Assembly: GCA_000165345.1 (NCBI GenBank)
Contig: CM000436.1
Location: forward strand, 640,001-704,000
Length of the DNA stretch: 64,000 nt
Direction of reading: 5' to 3'
In this document: positions 20,823 through 30,305 of the stretch, piece by piece
How positions within the stretch are numbered: position 1 is the first letter of the stretch
How the letters are laid out: every line of letters begins with the position of its first letter
Notes under the pieces: generated by a model
What the model was told of the DNA's origin: nothing
Databases searched by the model: none
The model's input: only the letters and a program-made list of their open reading frames with translations
Made by a program: the position numbers and the translations under genes

Positions 20823-22472
20823 TCAATTGTTTTTTTTATTTTTTGCAAGTTTCTTTTTTTTATTCTTTCCTTTGTCTTCGCCCTTTTTCTCGTCCAACTT
20901 TCTTTTTTTGCCTTTGTTCTTTTTTTTGTCATCATTTTGTTCTAATTCTAATTGTTCGGATGATTCTTTCGTCTTTTCACCATCGTCCTTAATGCTGGTC
21001 TTGTTTACATCAGATTCAGAATTTGATTGGACAGCCTCTTCAGCAGTTTCTGTATTATCTATAGCTTTAGACTCTTTTTTAGAGCCCTTCTTGTTTTCAA
21101 CAAAAGATCCGTCTTCTTGTGAATACTTTTTGATTTTTAGAGGGTTGAAACTGTACAATTTGCTAAATTTGGAAACTTTCTCCTGGTATTGTCCAAATAC
21201 TACAGGAACTCCGAGATCTCTTGAAAATGTGTTAAGTACTACTCCGATTGAATAGTCATACACATTCCAATTAAGTGAATTATACTTACTTTTCTTAATT
21301 TCATCAGAATATACTGCATAAACAACTCTTTCAAATGATTGGAATGGACTGTGTTTCCACATAGAGTCTGGAATCATTTTCCAAGGTGCAATTCTAATTC
21401 CATTGCGTTTTCCATGGCCTAAGGAAGCAATATCAGTAACTGCTGCATAAGATCTCTCAAATACTCCAAGAGACTTTCTGAATTTACTTGCATCATAGTT
21501 AATTGGATCAATTGATGAAATATCATATTGCCTTTCTCTCCAGTAAAGTATTAAAGCAAGAGCAAGTTGTTCTATCTTCCTATTTTTGTATGTAACATTT
21601 TCTTTTGAGACTACATACTTATTTTCCATTACTCTCTCCAAGTAATCATATATAGCAGTAAGCTCCCCCCATGATGTGTCATCTGATGGAGTCCAAGGAG
21701 TTTCTTCATAATGAACTTTATTGCTGTCTTTTTTTGCATGTACTGGAGATCTTGATGAAATCGCCCTACGATGTGACACACTAGTCATATCAGAAAGACC
21801 CCCTTCAATGGTATTTTTTTTTTTCTCTTTCACTTTCTCCTTCTCCTCCTCTTCCTTTGGTTCTTTTTGCTTTTTTTTATCCTTCTTCGAACTTCCTACT
21901 GCATTTGATGCTTTGTTGATTGTATTGGAAATGGATTCTTCCACAACATTAATAGTCTTATCTCTATTTTCTGAAATGAATCTTGCTACTCCAATTGGAT
22001 AAATATTCCAAGAATCAGCCTCTGTTATGTTTAAGCGTATAAACCCTCCGCCTATCGATGTTAGATAGTCCCTGATTTTCTCAACTTCTTTAATTGGATT
22101 ATTTTCTATTTTGAAAGAACCCCATGGAAGCATTGAAGCTTCAACATTAGAATTTGGAGCTTTAGATGCAAACTCTGAAACAAGCAATGAGTAAAAGTAC
22201 ATTAACCCAGCAACTGTAGTTCTTGTTTCTCCATCCCAATTATTTGCATCAATATATAATAGTCTTTCATCCGTTCCATTTTCTAGTACAGGACACCTTT
22301 TACTTGCTAAAATTTGTCCAAGAGTTCCTCTATCTGTTTGGGTAAGCATGTAATATACAGCTGTTCCTCCTAAAAGTCCTAATGTTGTGGAAACAGTAAC
22401 CGAGGCAAAACCATTGGAAAAAGAAAACCATCCAAATAGAATTTGTAATATTAATAAGGCCTGCAACTTCAT
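20823..22472 (-). CDS. Secreted protein, member B of the tandem paralogue family, with K/E-rich internal and C-terminal tracts
   Basis: ATG at 22472. Signal peptide MKLQALLILQILFGWFSFS. Family motifs: YYMLTQTDRGTLGQILAS, NWDGETR, MLPWGSF, LALALILYWRERQYDISSID, GHGKRNGIRIAPWKMIPDSMWKHSP, DYSIGVVLNTFSRDLGVPVVFGQY. Confidence 0.65.
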   Translation of the reverse strand: MKLQALLILQILFGWFSFSNGFASVTVSTTLGLLGGTAVYYMLTQTDRGTLGQILASKRCPVLENGTDERLLYIDANNWDGETRTTVAGLMYFYSLLVSEFASKAPNSNVEASMLPWGSFKIENNPIKEVEKIRDYLTSIGGGFIRLNITEADSWNIYPIGVARFISENRDKTINVVEESISNTINKASNAVGSSKKDKKKQKEPKEEEEKEKVKEKKKNTIEGGLSDMTSVSHRRAISSRSPVHAKKDSNKVHYEETPWTPSDDTSWGELTAIYDYLERVMENKYVVSKENVTYKNRKIEQLALALILYWRERQYDISSIDPINYDASKFRKSLGVFERSYAAVTDIASLGHGKRNGIRIAPWKMIPDSMWKHSPFQSFERVVYAVYSDEIKKSKYNSLNWNVYDYSIGVVLNTFSRDLGVPVVFGQYQEKVSKFSKLYSFNPLKIKKYSQEDGSFVENKKGSKKESKAIDNTETAEEAVQSNSESDVNKTSIKDDGEKTKESSEQLELEQNDDKKKNKGKKRKLDEKKGEDKGKNKKKKLAKNKKNN

Positions 22473-23015
22473 GGTGTCACTAATTTAAAAGAAAATTAAA
22501 ATATTACAACTATTTATATTTTTAGTATCCAATTTTTTTCGAGCAAAATTGCAAACAAGAGACGTTACCATGTCAGTATATGCCAGGCAAATTACATAGC
22601 TATTCAACTAATTATTAGAAATTTAATTTTTAATCAACTTATCACTAATTATTCAATTTACAATAAAAATTCTACACATTGTATGCTAATTATTTCATTC
22701 TTTGCTTTTCCTTCTTCATAATACAATAAAAATTTTCTTCAGTGCAATTACCGTTATCCAGGGTTGCATACATGCAAGATATTTATTAAAGAAATTTTAA
22801 TTCCCGCCCAACACATAGCAATAAAATAAATAAATTTATTGCAATAATACATACATTAGAGTTATTCAAAGCAATAAGATTATCATCAATGGATTAGTAG
22901 AACAGGTTACAAATTAAATTAAATTTAAAAATTAAACGAGGGTAAAGATTTAAAAAACAAAATTATCAGATATTTGCTAGTAATAGGATGTTAGGAATTA
23001 GCATAAACTAAACTA

Positions 23016-24566
23016 TTATAAATAAGTGTTTTGAGTAATAACTATTTCTGCATCGTATCTAACTGAATGCGGAACCGGCACATTATATTTCTGTAGATTT
23101 AAGGCTTCTCTTTCCAAGAGGAAGTGTTTTCTGCTTACTTTACTAACATATTGCCCATAGAGTATAGGAACTCCAAGTATGATTGAAAAGAAGTGAACAA
23201 CTGCTGCAATTGCAAAATCAAATTCTGACCATTCAGACGAACTGTAGATATCTGAACGAACTTCCTGTTGATGAGATCCGATAATGAGGTATTCTAAAGT
23301 CTTTGAAGGATTTAATTTCCAGTGTTCTTCTAGAATACGTTTCCAAGGTGCCACATTGACACGATTCTTTCCGTGAGCCAAGCCAAAAATATCAAAAAAG
23401 CATAAAGTAAACCTTATAACTTTATCTTTAAACCTGGCAAACGAGCATTTTTTGAAATTAACAGCATCGATATAATTAATATCGTATTGTCTCTCTCTTA
23501 GATATAAAATTAAAGCTAAGGTGAAGTTAACCAGCTTTTCATTCAGTTTGTTCTTTTGACAAATCTCATTTAGAGAACTTCCCTCCAAAGTATTTGTATA
23601 TTCGTGTATAACTTTCAACTCTTCAATTGCTGTTCTTTCACCTGGAATCCAAGGAACTGAAATATAACTAACCTTAGGATTTAATTTGTTCTTGCAAACT
23701 ACCGAAAGCCCCCCAATACAATGTTTCCTTCTTATTTTGAAATCAGAAATGACAGATGATGAAGATTTCAGTTCTTTTGTTTGGAAATATGAATCTAATG
23801 TAGATCTCTGTCCAATCACAGTAGAATATGTTGAGTTATTTTCGTTTACTTCTTCAAAATTGGTTCTATTCCTCTTCATTTCTACAGATGATTCATTCTC
23901 CATAAGTGGCAGCTTAATATTTTCAGAGATATCTTGTTCTTTGTTGTCAGTTTTGGATTTGTTGTTGGAATCTTTTTTCAGTTTTGGATATTTTGCCCTA
24001 AATTTAAATTTCCCATTTCGCATAGAGGAATATTTTTGTATAACAGCCAAAAGATACAATTGCCAAATATCCACATTACTTAGGGGTATTCTGATATATC
24101 CACCTTTAAGTGAAACTAAATAGTCGTAAATCCTGGTCATAGCTTGAAGAGGGTCTTCATCTAAATTAACTTCACCCCAAGGTAATGCAGGCATAATTTT
24201 ACTAGAGTAAATTGAATACTTATCATTTAAATTGGGGTTTACTGCTAAGCTAAAATAATACAGCATACACGATGATACCATAATTGTATCTCCATCCCAT
24301 TTATCAGTCCGTATGCTAAAGGTATAGTCGCCAGTTCTATCTTTTTGAATAGGCAAATAAATACTCGCCAGAATCTTTCCAATTGGGCCCCTCCTGGTTT
24401 GAGATAGCATGTAATATAAAGAGACAGTCGAAGATGCTACAGAATAGGCTGTCAAACTAGTGCTGACTGATGGAGATGCGGATGCACTATAAAACCCCTC
24501 AGCTACATCGAGATTAAGGGTATAAATGCAAATTAAAAAAATAAACAGTGATCCCAAAAAATTCAT
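23016..24566 (-). CDS. Secreted protein, member C of the tandem paralogue family
   Basis: ATG at 24566. Signal peptide MNFLGSLFIFLICIYTLNL. Family motifs: LYYMLSQTRRGPIGKILAS, DKWDGDT, ALPWGEV, LALILYLRERQYDINYID, GLAHGKNRVNVAPWKRILEEHWKLNP, DFAIAAVVHFFSIILGVPILYGQY. Confidence 0.65.
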   Translation of the reverse strand: MNFLGSLFIFLICIYTLNLDVAEGFYSASASPSVSTSLTAYSVASSTVSLYYMLSQTRRGPIGKILASIYLPIQKDRTGDYTFSIRTDKWDGDTIMVSSCMLYYFSLAVNPNLNDKYSIYSSKIMPALPWGEVNLDEDPLQAMTRIYDYLVSLKGGYIRIPLSNVDIWQLYLLAVIQKYSSMRNGKFKFRAKYPKLKKDSNNKSKTDNKEQDISENIKLPLMENESSVEMKRNRTNFEEVNENNSTYSTVIGQRSTLDSYFQTKELKSSSSVISDFKIRRKHCIGGLSVVCKNKLNPKVSYISVPWIPGERTAIEELKVIHEYTNTLEGSSLNEICQKNKLNEKLVNFTLALILYLRERQYDINYIDAVNFKKCSFARFKDKVIRFTLCFFDIFGLAHGKNRVNVAPWKRILEEHWKLNPSKTLEYLIIGSHQQEVRSDIYSSSEWSEFDFAIAAVVHFFSIILGVPILYGQYVSKVSRKHFLLEREALNLQKYNVPVPHSVRYDAEIVITQNTYL

Positions 24567-24672
24567 TCTTTATTACTATTGAAGATTCCTCTACTAAACC
24601 CTTATTTTTCTCTTTCTATTTTAAAGTCGCTCTAGCTATTGACCGTTAGCGCCCTAAACTCCTCAATTATTA

Positions 24673-24684
24673 TTTGGCGGGAAA
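24673..24684 (+). promoter_or_regulatory. E2F/DP-like box TTTGGCGGGAAA, 107 bp upstream of paralogue C
   Basis: Exact 12-mer identical to the box at 12791-12802. Confidence 0.5.
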
Positions 24685-24872
24685 TGCTAAAGGTCATGCA
24701 TTAATAATTCTTTAAAAAAAATGTAATACGATATCGAAATTGTTTAATTACGAGACTTTCATGAGCTTTGATCCTTTTTACATTGAGTTTTTTGAATTAA
24801 TCCAAGCAGTATCTACAAGACCTATAAGCATAAAAAAAATTGTCCAAAAATGATTAATTCTACTTTTTTATT

Positions 24873-25360
24873 TTATATAGAAATCATACCTGTTTGTGGA
24901 TTAGTTCCTAGAGGCCTCCTAAATAACAAAATGTGGGGCTCAGGCCTAAAGTTGATTTGTTTTTAATTGTTTAAATCTTGTAGCTAACTTACTTATGTAC
25001 CAAGTAATGTTGCCATCCCCTAGATTGCTGTACTCCAAGCATTCTCCACTCCTGCTCAGAAAGTAGTCCAGTAGGTTTTGATTGGATTATTGCTTGAGCC
25101 TTTTTCGAAATCTGGAACAAATCAAGTAAAAAAAATCTTAATATTTCGAAAGACGAATCAAAATCAATCCACTTAATGAAATAGAATATTCGCAGTTTCG
25201 TCCTAGCTTCGTACCTAACTTACAGCTTTTGGTAAAGTTACATGCCTACAATTGTCCTTAATTTTCTTCCTTCAATTAGACGCTTCCTTACTTACCTGTA
25301 CTCATATACATCATCCTCGTATTTTGATGAATATAAGATATCATCAGGATAGTTCACCAT
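24873..25360 (-). CDS. CKS1: Cyclin-dependent kinase regulatory subunit (Cks1/Suc1), 4 exons: join(25360..25296, 25245..25224, 25111..24993, 24945..24873)
   Basis: Absent from the ORF track. Spliced minus-strand product: [21 protein letters not shown]|RHVTLPKA|[39 protein letters not shown]|[24 protein letters not shown]. It matches the CKS signature YSxKYxDDxYEYRHVMLPK...[35 protein letters not shown]. All three introns (50, 112 and 47 nt) start GTAAGT and end AG, and all phases are consistent. Unspliced, the frame stops at EYR-TAA. Confidence 0.75.
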
Positions 25361-25447
25361 TTTTACTTGCCCAATAGTTCAGCATTAATAAATATTAGTT
25401 ATTAATTTATCCGCAGGAATATTCTACACATACGAAAATGAACTACC

Positions 25448-25455
25448 TGGCGCCA
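25448..25455 (+). promoter_or_regulatory. Palindromic E2F/DP-like box TGGCGCCA, 88 bp upstream of the CKS1 ATG
   Basis: Perfect palindrome in the spacer between the MTR4-like 3' end and the CKS1 5' end. An E2F site upstream of a cell-cycle gene is a biologically coherent pairing. Confidence 0.55.
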
Positions 25456-25609
25456 AAATGCATTTAATTCAGCTAAATTTCGTCCGAAAATACTAGTGCT
25501 AAAAAAAAGGAATGAAGGGAAAATGTCTAAATAAAACTATTTAAAACATGATCTAATGAGGCAGGGGGAAAACAAAATAAACTCAAAAGGATATACCTAA
25601 CAATTCTGA

Positions 25610-28600
25610 CTAAAGATACAAACTTGGAGTAAAAACGATGCCCCTCCTGATAAGTGCAATACCTTCTTTGAGCTTTTTCTCAAGGTCATCATTTCCAATA
25701 GATTTTGTCGCGCTTGCAACTTGTCTGAGTAGCTCCTCCAGCCTCCTCAGACACCTTATTACGCTTCCTTCGTAAAAGCTTGTATTTTCAAGAATAGATG
25801 CAAAACTCTCTCCTTTACTCCACTTAAGAATTATAGGCATAATTTGGGGTCTAAATTTACTCATATATTGTGTTGAATCAATGTTTAAACCCGATTCTAA
25901 TGAAATCTTTACAATCATTTTTGCAACGTCCAGAATATTATCATATCCCACTGCTAAAGTAGAATCTTCCAACTTTATATCAGGGCATTTCTCGTCATAT
26001 AATAAGGATGATAAAATAGCAACAATATATTCAATTTTTAATTCTTGGAAAAAGACATTGTTGAACAGTAATTCAGTGATTAGAAGTTCATCTGATGTTG
26101 AAATTTCACAAGCTATTCTCCCTTTCAATTGCACAATGCTATTTTCATCAGTATAATCTAAATTCTTTAAGACCTTTCTCATTCCAAGCAATTCCTTCTG
26201 CATAATAGTATCGTATTCGTGCTCCCTCAAATCTTTTTGTATTTCATCTACTCTTTCTTTCAAGTGACGTCTGTGAGAGCTAATATATAACAATAGCAAA
26301 GCTAAAAATGGACATTTGTTTATTAAAATAGACTCTCGTTGTATCTTCTTTTGTAGCTCCTTGAATTTATCTAGTTTATTGCAAATTTGAGAATCTGATG
26401 ATGCATTTCCAATGTTGATGATTTCATCACCATAGTAGTCTATTAGTGGAATCTTATCCTTGCCAAGATGTTCGAGTACCTTATTTAATGAAATCTCTAA
26501 TGACATCAAGCCTGGAGTATTTTTATTGGTAATATTACTTCTATTCTGAGGAATATTTAATCGAACAGTACTAATTTCTTGTATTGACGAAACAGTGCAA
26601 TTAAAAACACAATAATCAGTGTTCTCATTAATAGAGTCTTCAACATTCTTCTCTAACTCTTTAACAATCTTATCATATACTAGTTTTGGGAAACGCTTCT
26701 TGTTCAACAGAACCCTAACATAGAACTTTTCAGAATCTTCTATACCTGTTGAGTTAGAGTTTGAATTTTGCGTTTCACCTTCCTGCTGATTGTTGCAATA
26801 TTCACTTTGATTCTCAAGATTTTTGTTCTTATTTGGTTCAATTAAAAATCCAGTATCCACCTTTTTGTTTCTGGGGTTTGGATTGCTAAGCAAAACTCCC
26901 CAGCCTAAATCTAAATACTGGTTTTGGCTAAACCCATTTAAAACATTCATATCAAATATATATTTTGGATCTTTTAAACCAAGTTCCAAAGTCTCATTTT
27001 CATTTTGAGACTCTAAATTCTGTAAATTCAGTGAATTTGCTTCTTCTTGTTCTAAATATGGTAATCTAATATATACTAATCTTCCTGGATTAAGGAATCT
27101 GTGGATTATCCTAGAATTGATAATGAACTTTTTTATATATTTATTAAGCTCAATCATTTCTGTAAAATGATTGAAAAGAGTGTCTCCAATTCGAATCAAT
27201 GCCTTTTCTGACTCTATATGATACCCAGTAGCTTTCTCATTCATAATAATGTCGATATCCGCTTGGTTTACTTGAGTCTCAAAACCACAACTCTCTTTAC
27301 AAAGATCGACAAAATTACTAATTTTACTATGTATTGAGGCTTTATCCCTCAAAAATTCTTTTTCAGAAGGTAACTCAACCTCTAATAAGTTTGAAGGGCG
27401 TGGATTCTTTGAATAAAAGTCTTTTGAATCAAATAGGTTTTCATCTTTACAAATAACTTTATATCCTGAAAAATGTAAAAAATATGCATAAGCAGTTAAA
27501 AGTTCAGAAAAATTTGAGAATTCTGGTAATATCAAGCTTTCCTTGAAAGAGCCATAGATATCATCCACTCCTTCAACTTTTCTACTCATAACTACAAATT
27601 GATTTCCTTGGGAGTTGCTTTTATTCAAGCTGGTTCTACTTTTTTTAGTAGGACTTTCTGAATGATTTTGTTCTTGATTCGAGTCAATGACTTTAATAAT
27701 TGGCTCTGAAACTTTGTAATTATCCAAAATGCTCTGAATCCTATTAATTTCTTCGTGTAAAGATACAGTCTTTTTCCTCTTTAAGAATTGTGAAAATGAT
27801 CGGTTAATCATATATTCAGGATCAGCCCCTTCTAATCTTAAAAGGTTTAAAAGCATATTATATCCAATATAAAATTGGCTATCAATTCTTAAAGGTTGTC
27901 CAGTAAGCATTGACTTGATAGCCCATGGATCAGCAAGTTCATCAATCATAGTAATTGTGATACCTCTATCATCAAGACCTCTTCTTCCTGCTCTACCACT
28001 CATTTGAATAAACTCTCCAGAGTTAACAATTCTGTACTCCTTTCCATCAAATTTTCTAAGTGAAGTAAAGATAACCGTTTTTGCAGGCATGTTAATTCCC
28101 ATAGAAAAAGTCTCTGTAGAGAATAGTACTTTAATAAATGACTCTCCAAAAAGGAGCTCAACTATTTCCTTTACAACAGGAAGTAAACCTCCATGATGAA
28201 TTCCGATACCCCTTCTCAATAATGGAAGCATTCCAACAACCTGAGGAATGTTTCTATCTTCCTCCGCGAGAGTTGCCAAGGCACTATTAAAAATGAAGTC
28301 AATACTTTCCTTTTCTTCTTCAGTGGATAAATCAATGTTTTTCAAAGATAATGCATTTAACTCGCAATCTTTCTTTGAGAAGGAGAAAACGATTATCGGA
28401 AGATAACTCCTTTCTTGGCACATATTCACAATGCTTTCAAGGTCAACTCTTAGCTGAGCTTTACCTGCATGTTTTTTCTGTTCTTTCTGAGAGCTATTAC
28501 TCTCAGCAGCAATTTTCAGAGCTGACAACGCCTTCATATAGTTATCTTGTTTGAAAACCTTATTTTCATCCATAACTAAATAAACTCCATTACCTCCTGC

Positions 28601-29452
28601 CGGGAATATAAAATGTTGTAGAGGAACAGGTCTGTAATCTGTGTACACAACGTGACAAGGTTGATGTTTTGTCCTACAAATCCACTCCGCAAACTCTAAA
28701 TGATTTGGAATGGTAGCGGACAAGAACACTAGTCTTACAGTATCTGGCAAAAGAATGATAGACTCTTCCCAAACAACGCCTCTTTCTTTATCTCTCATAT
28801 AATGGATTTCATCAAAAATGACCCAGGCTATTTCTCTTACTAATTCGCTTCCTCTATAAAGCATAGATCTAAGAATTTCAGTAGTCATTACCATAATTGA
28901 CCCAAGTGGATTTACTGTGACATCTCCAGTAAGAAGTCCCACATTATTATCACCAAACGTAGTTCTTAAATCTCTGTACTTTTGATTACTCAAGGCCTTA
29001 ATAGGAGATGTATATACAACCCTCTGATTACTCTTTAGAGCCATTGCAATAGCATACTCTGCTACGCAAGTTTTCCCTGCTGAAGTATGCGCTGAAATTA
29101 ATACACTTTCTCCTATTTCCAAACAACCTATAGATACAGCCTGAAAAGTATCTAGTTTAAATGAGTATTCCTTTGCAGGAATTTTTTTTCCATTCTCATC
29201 ATACTGAACTCTGAGCTTAGAATCTGTTGGAGCAACATAACCGCATGGCCTAATACATTCATGTACGCAATTCGTCCCTGACTCATATACAATATGTTCA
29301 ACTTTCATGCTCTCATCGAATCTCGTGTGATTAGCAACGATATTCTCATTTTCATCAACCAATTCCTCTAAATTATCATCATTTTTGCTGTCAACTTTAG
29401 CTTTCTTTTGAGTCTGAGGTGAATCATCAAATGATCTTTCTTCCCTTTCCAT
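25610..29452 (-). CDS. MTR4: Ski2-family DExH RNA helicase, closest to MTR4 (exosome cofactor), carrying a large low-complexity insertion
   Basis: ATG at 29452. Helicase motifs AHTSAGKT, TSPIKALSNQKYRDL, GLLTGDVTVNP, VIFDEIHYMRD, LSATIPN, HHGGLLP, SGRAGRRG. The C-terminal DSHCT tail SVIRCLRRLEELLRQVASATKSIGNDDLEKKLKEGIALIRRGIVFTPSLYL closely follows the MTR4 ending (IIRCMRRLEELLRQ...DIVFAASLYL). An N/Q-rich insert gives the 1280-aa length. Confidence 0.8.
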   Translation of the reverse strand: MEREERSFDDSPQTQKKAKVDSKNDDNLEELVDENENIVANHTRFDESMKVEHIVYESGTNCVHECIRPCGYVAPTDSKLRVQYDENGKKIPAKEYSFKLDTFQAVSIGCLEIGESVLISAHTSAGKTCVAEYAIAMALKSNQRVVYTSPIKALSNQKYRDLRTTFGDNNVGLLTGDVTVNPLGSIMVMTTEILRSMLYRGSELVREIAWVIFDEIHYMRDKERGVVWEESIILLPDTVRLVFLSATIPNHLEFAEWICRTKHQPCHVVYTDYRPVPLQHFIFPAGGNGVYLVMDENKVFKQDNYMKALSALKIAAESNSSQKEQKKHAGKAQLRVDLESIVNMCQERSYLPIIVFSFSKKDCELNALSLKNIDLSTEEEKESIDFIFNSALATLAEEDRNIPQVVGMLPLLRRGIGIHHGGLLPVVKEIVELLFGESFIKVLFSTETFSMGINMPAKTVIFTSLRKFDGKEYRIVNSGEFIQMSGRAGRRGLDDRGITITMIDELADPWAIKSMLTGQPLRIDSQFYIGYNMLLNLLRLEGADPEYMINRSFSQFLKRKKTVSLHEEINRIQSILDNYKVSEPIIKVIDSNQEQNHSESPTKKSRTSLNKSNSQGNQFVVMSRKVEGVDDIYGSFKESLILPEFSNFSELLTAYAYFLHFSGYKVICKDENLFDSKDFYSKNPRPSNLLEVELPSEKEFLRDKASIHSKISNFVDLCKESCGFETQVNQADIDIIMNEKATGYHIESEKALIRIGDTLFNHFTEMIELNKYIKKFIINSRIIHRFLNPGRLVYIRLPYLEQEEANSLNLQNLESQNENETLELGLKDPKYIFDMNVLNGFSQNQYLDLGWGVLLSNPNPRNKKVDTGFLIEPNKNKNLENQSEYCNNQQEGETQNSNSNSTGIEDSEKFYVRVLLNKKRFPKLVYDKIVKELEKNVEDSINENTDYCVFNCTVSSIQEISTVRLNIPQNRSNITNKNTPGLMSLEISLNKVLEHLGKDKIPLIDYYGDEIINIGNASSDSQICNKLDKFKELQKKIQRESILINKCPFLALLLLYISSHRRHLKERVDEIQKDLREHEYDTIMQKELLGMRKVLKNLDYTDENSIVQLKGRIACEISTSDELLITELLFNNVFFQELKIEYIVAILSSLLYDEKCPDIKLEDSTLAVGYDNILDVAKMIVKISLESGLNIDSTQYMSKFRPQIMPIILKWSKGESFASILENTSFYEGSVIRCLRRLEELLRQVASATKSIGNDDLEKKLKEGIALIRRGIVFTPSLYL

Positions 29453-30305
29453 TTTCGCTCCTCCTTAATCGGTAATTATTATTAACCTCAATAAACAGAG
29501 ACTCAATAATTAGCCTAGCCTAGGGTAAATAATAATCTAGGCAATAGTGGTTGATATTCAAACGAATAATAATTATTGGATAAATTTTTGTCAATTTTTT
29601 TTTAATTTTTGATTTAAAAATGAAATTGTCAAAAATTACAAGTAGTGCACCGCCAAAATTGCTACCCCGCCAAATACTTGTGTTCTACCGGTACATTATA
29701 GTGATTGTCAAGTATTGCATGCAAACATGCATGAGAAAATGATAATTGATCATTTAACTAAAATTATAGATGAGAGATAATTGCTTCCTTTTTATTTTAT
29801 AATTTATTTAACAAGGGATTTTTTTTAAAAATTTTTATCAAGTGTAAATTTAACACGAAAGAGTCAGTAATGTTAAATGAATTAACTGATTTTTAAAGAA
29901 AAATTCAATTAAACTAATCGAATTAAGTCATTTCAATATTATGGGAAAGTTGTAATTTAATAACTTTCCAAATATTGGATTTTATCAAATATATTATTGG
30001 CACATAAATTAATACAACTATCCAAACCCATTAAAAATGGTTCAAATAGCAGTCATTTACCAGAAAAAAATAAATATTTAAATCAAATAATATATAAAAT
30101 AACTTCAAATCCATTAAAAAAAATGATAATTTTTTGGCGGGCATATATTTGTGTGAATTAAAGTCTTGTCCATTATGTCTTGCAGGGTCATTTTTGCCCA
30201 CTAAATTGAATGCATGGTACTAAATAGCCATTGGGATTGATGAATGTATAAAGAAAAGAATATTCTGGTTAACTTTTGATAAGATAATAAATTTGTTTAA
30301 GATAG

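Noticed and set aside
25283-25298. ACTTACCTG resembling the 5' end of U1 snRNA
   Set aside because: It is the reverse complement of the GTAAGT donor of CKS1 intron 1. There is no Sm site or U1 stem-loop sequence downstream.
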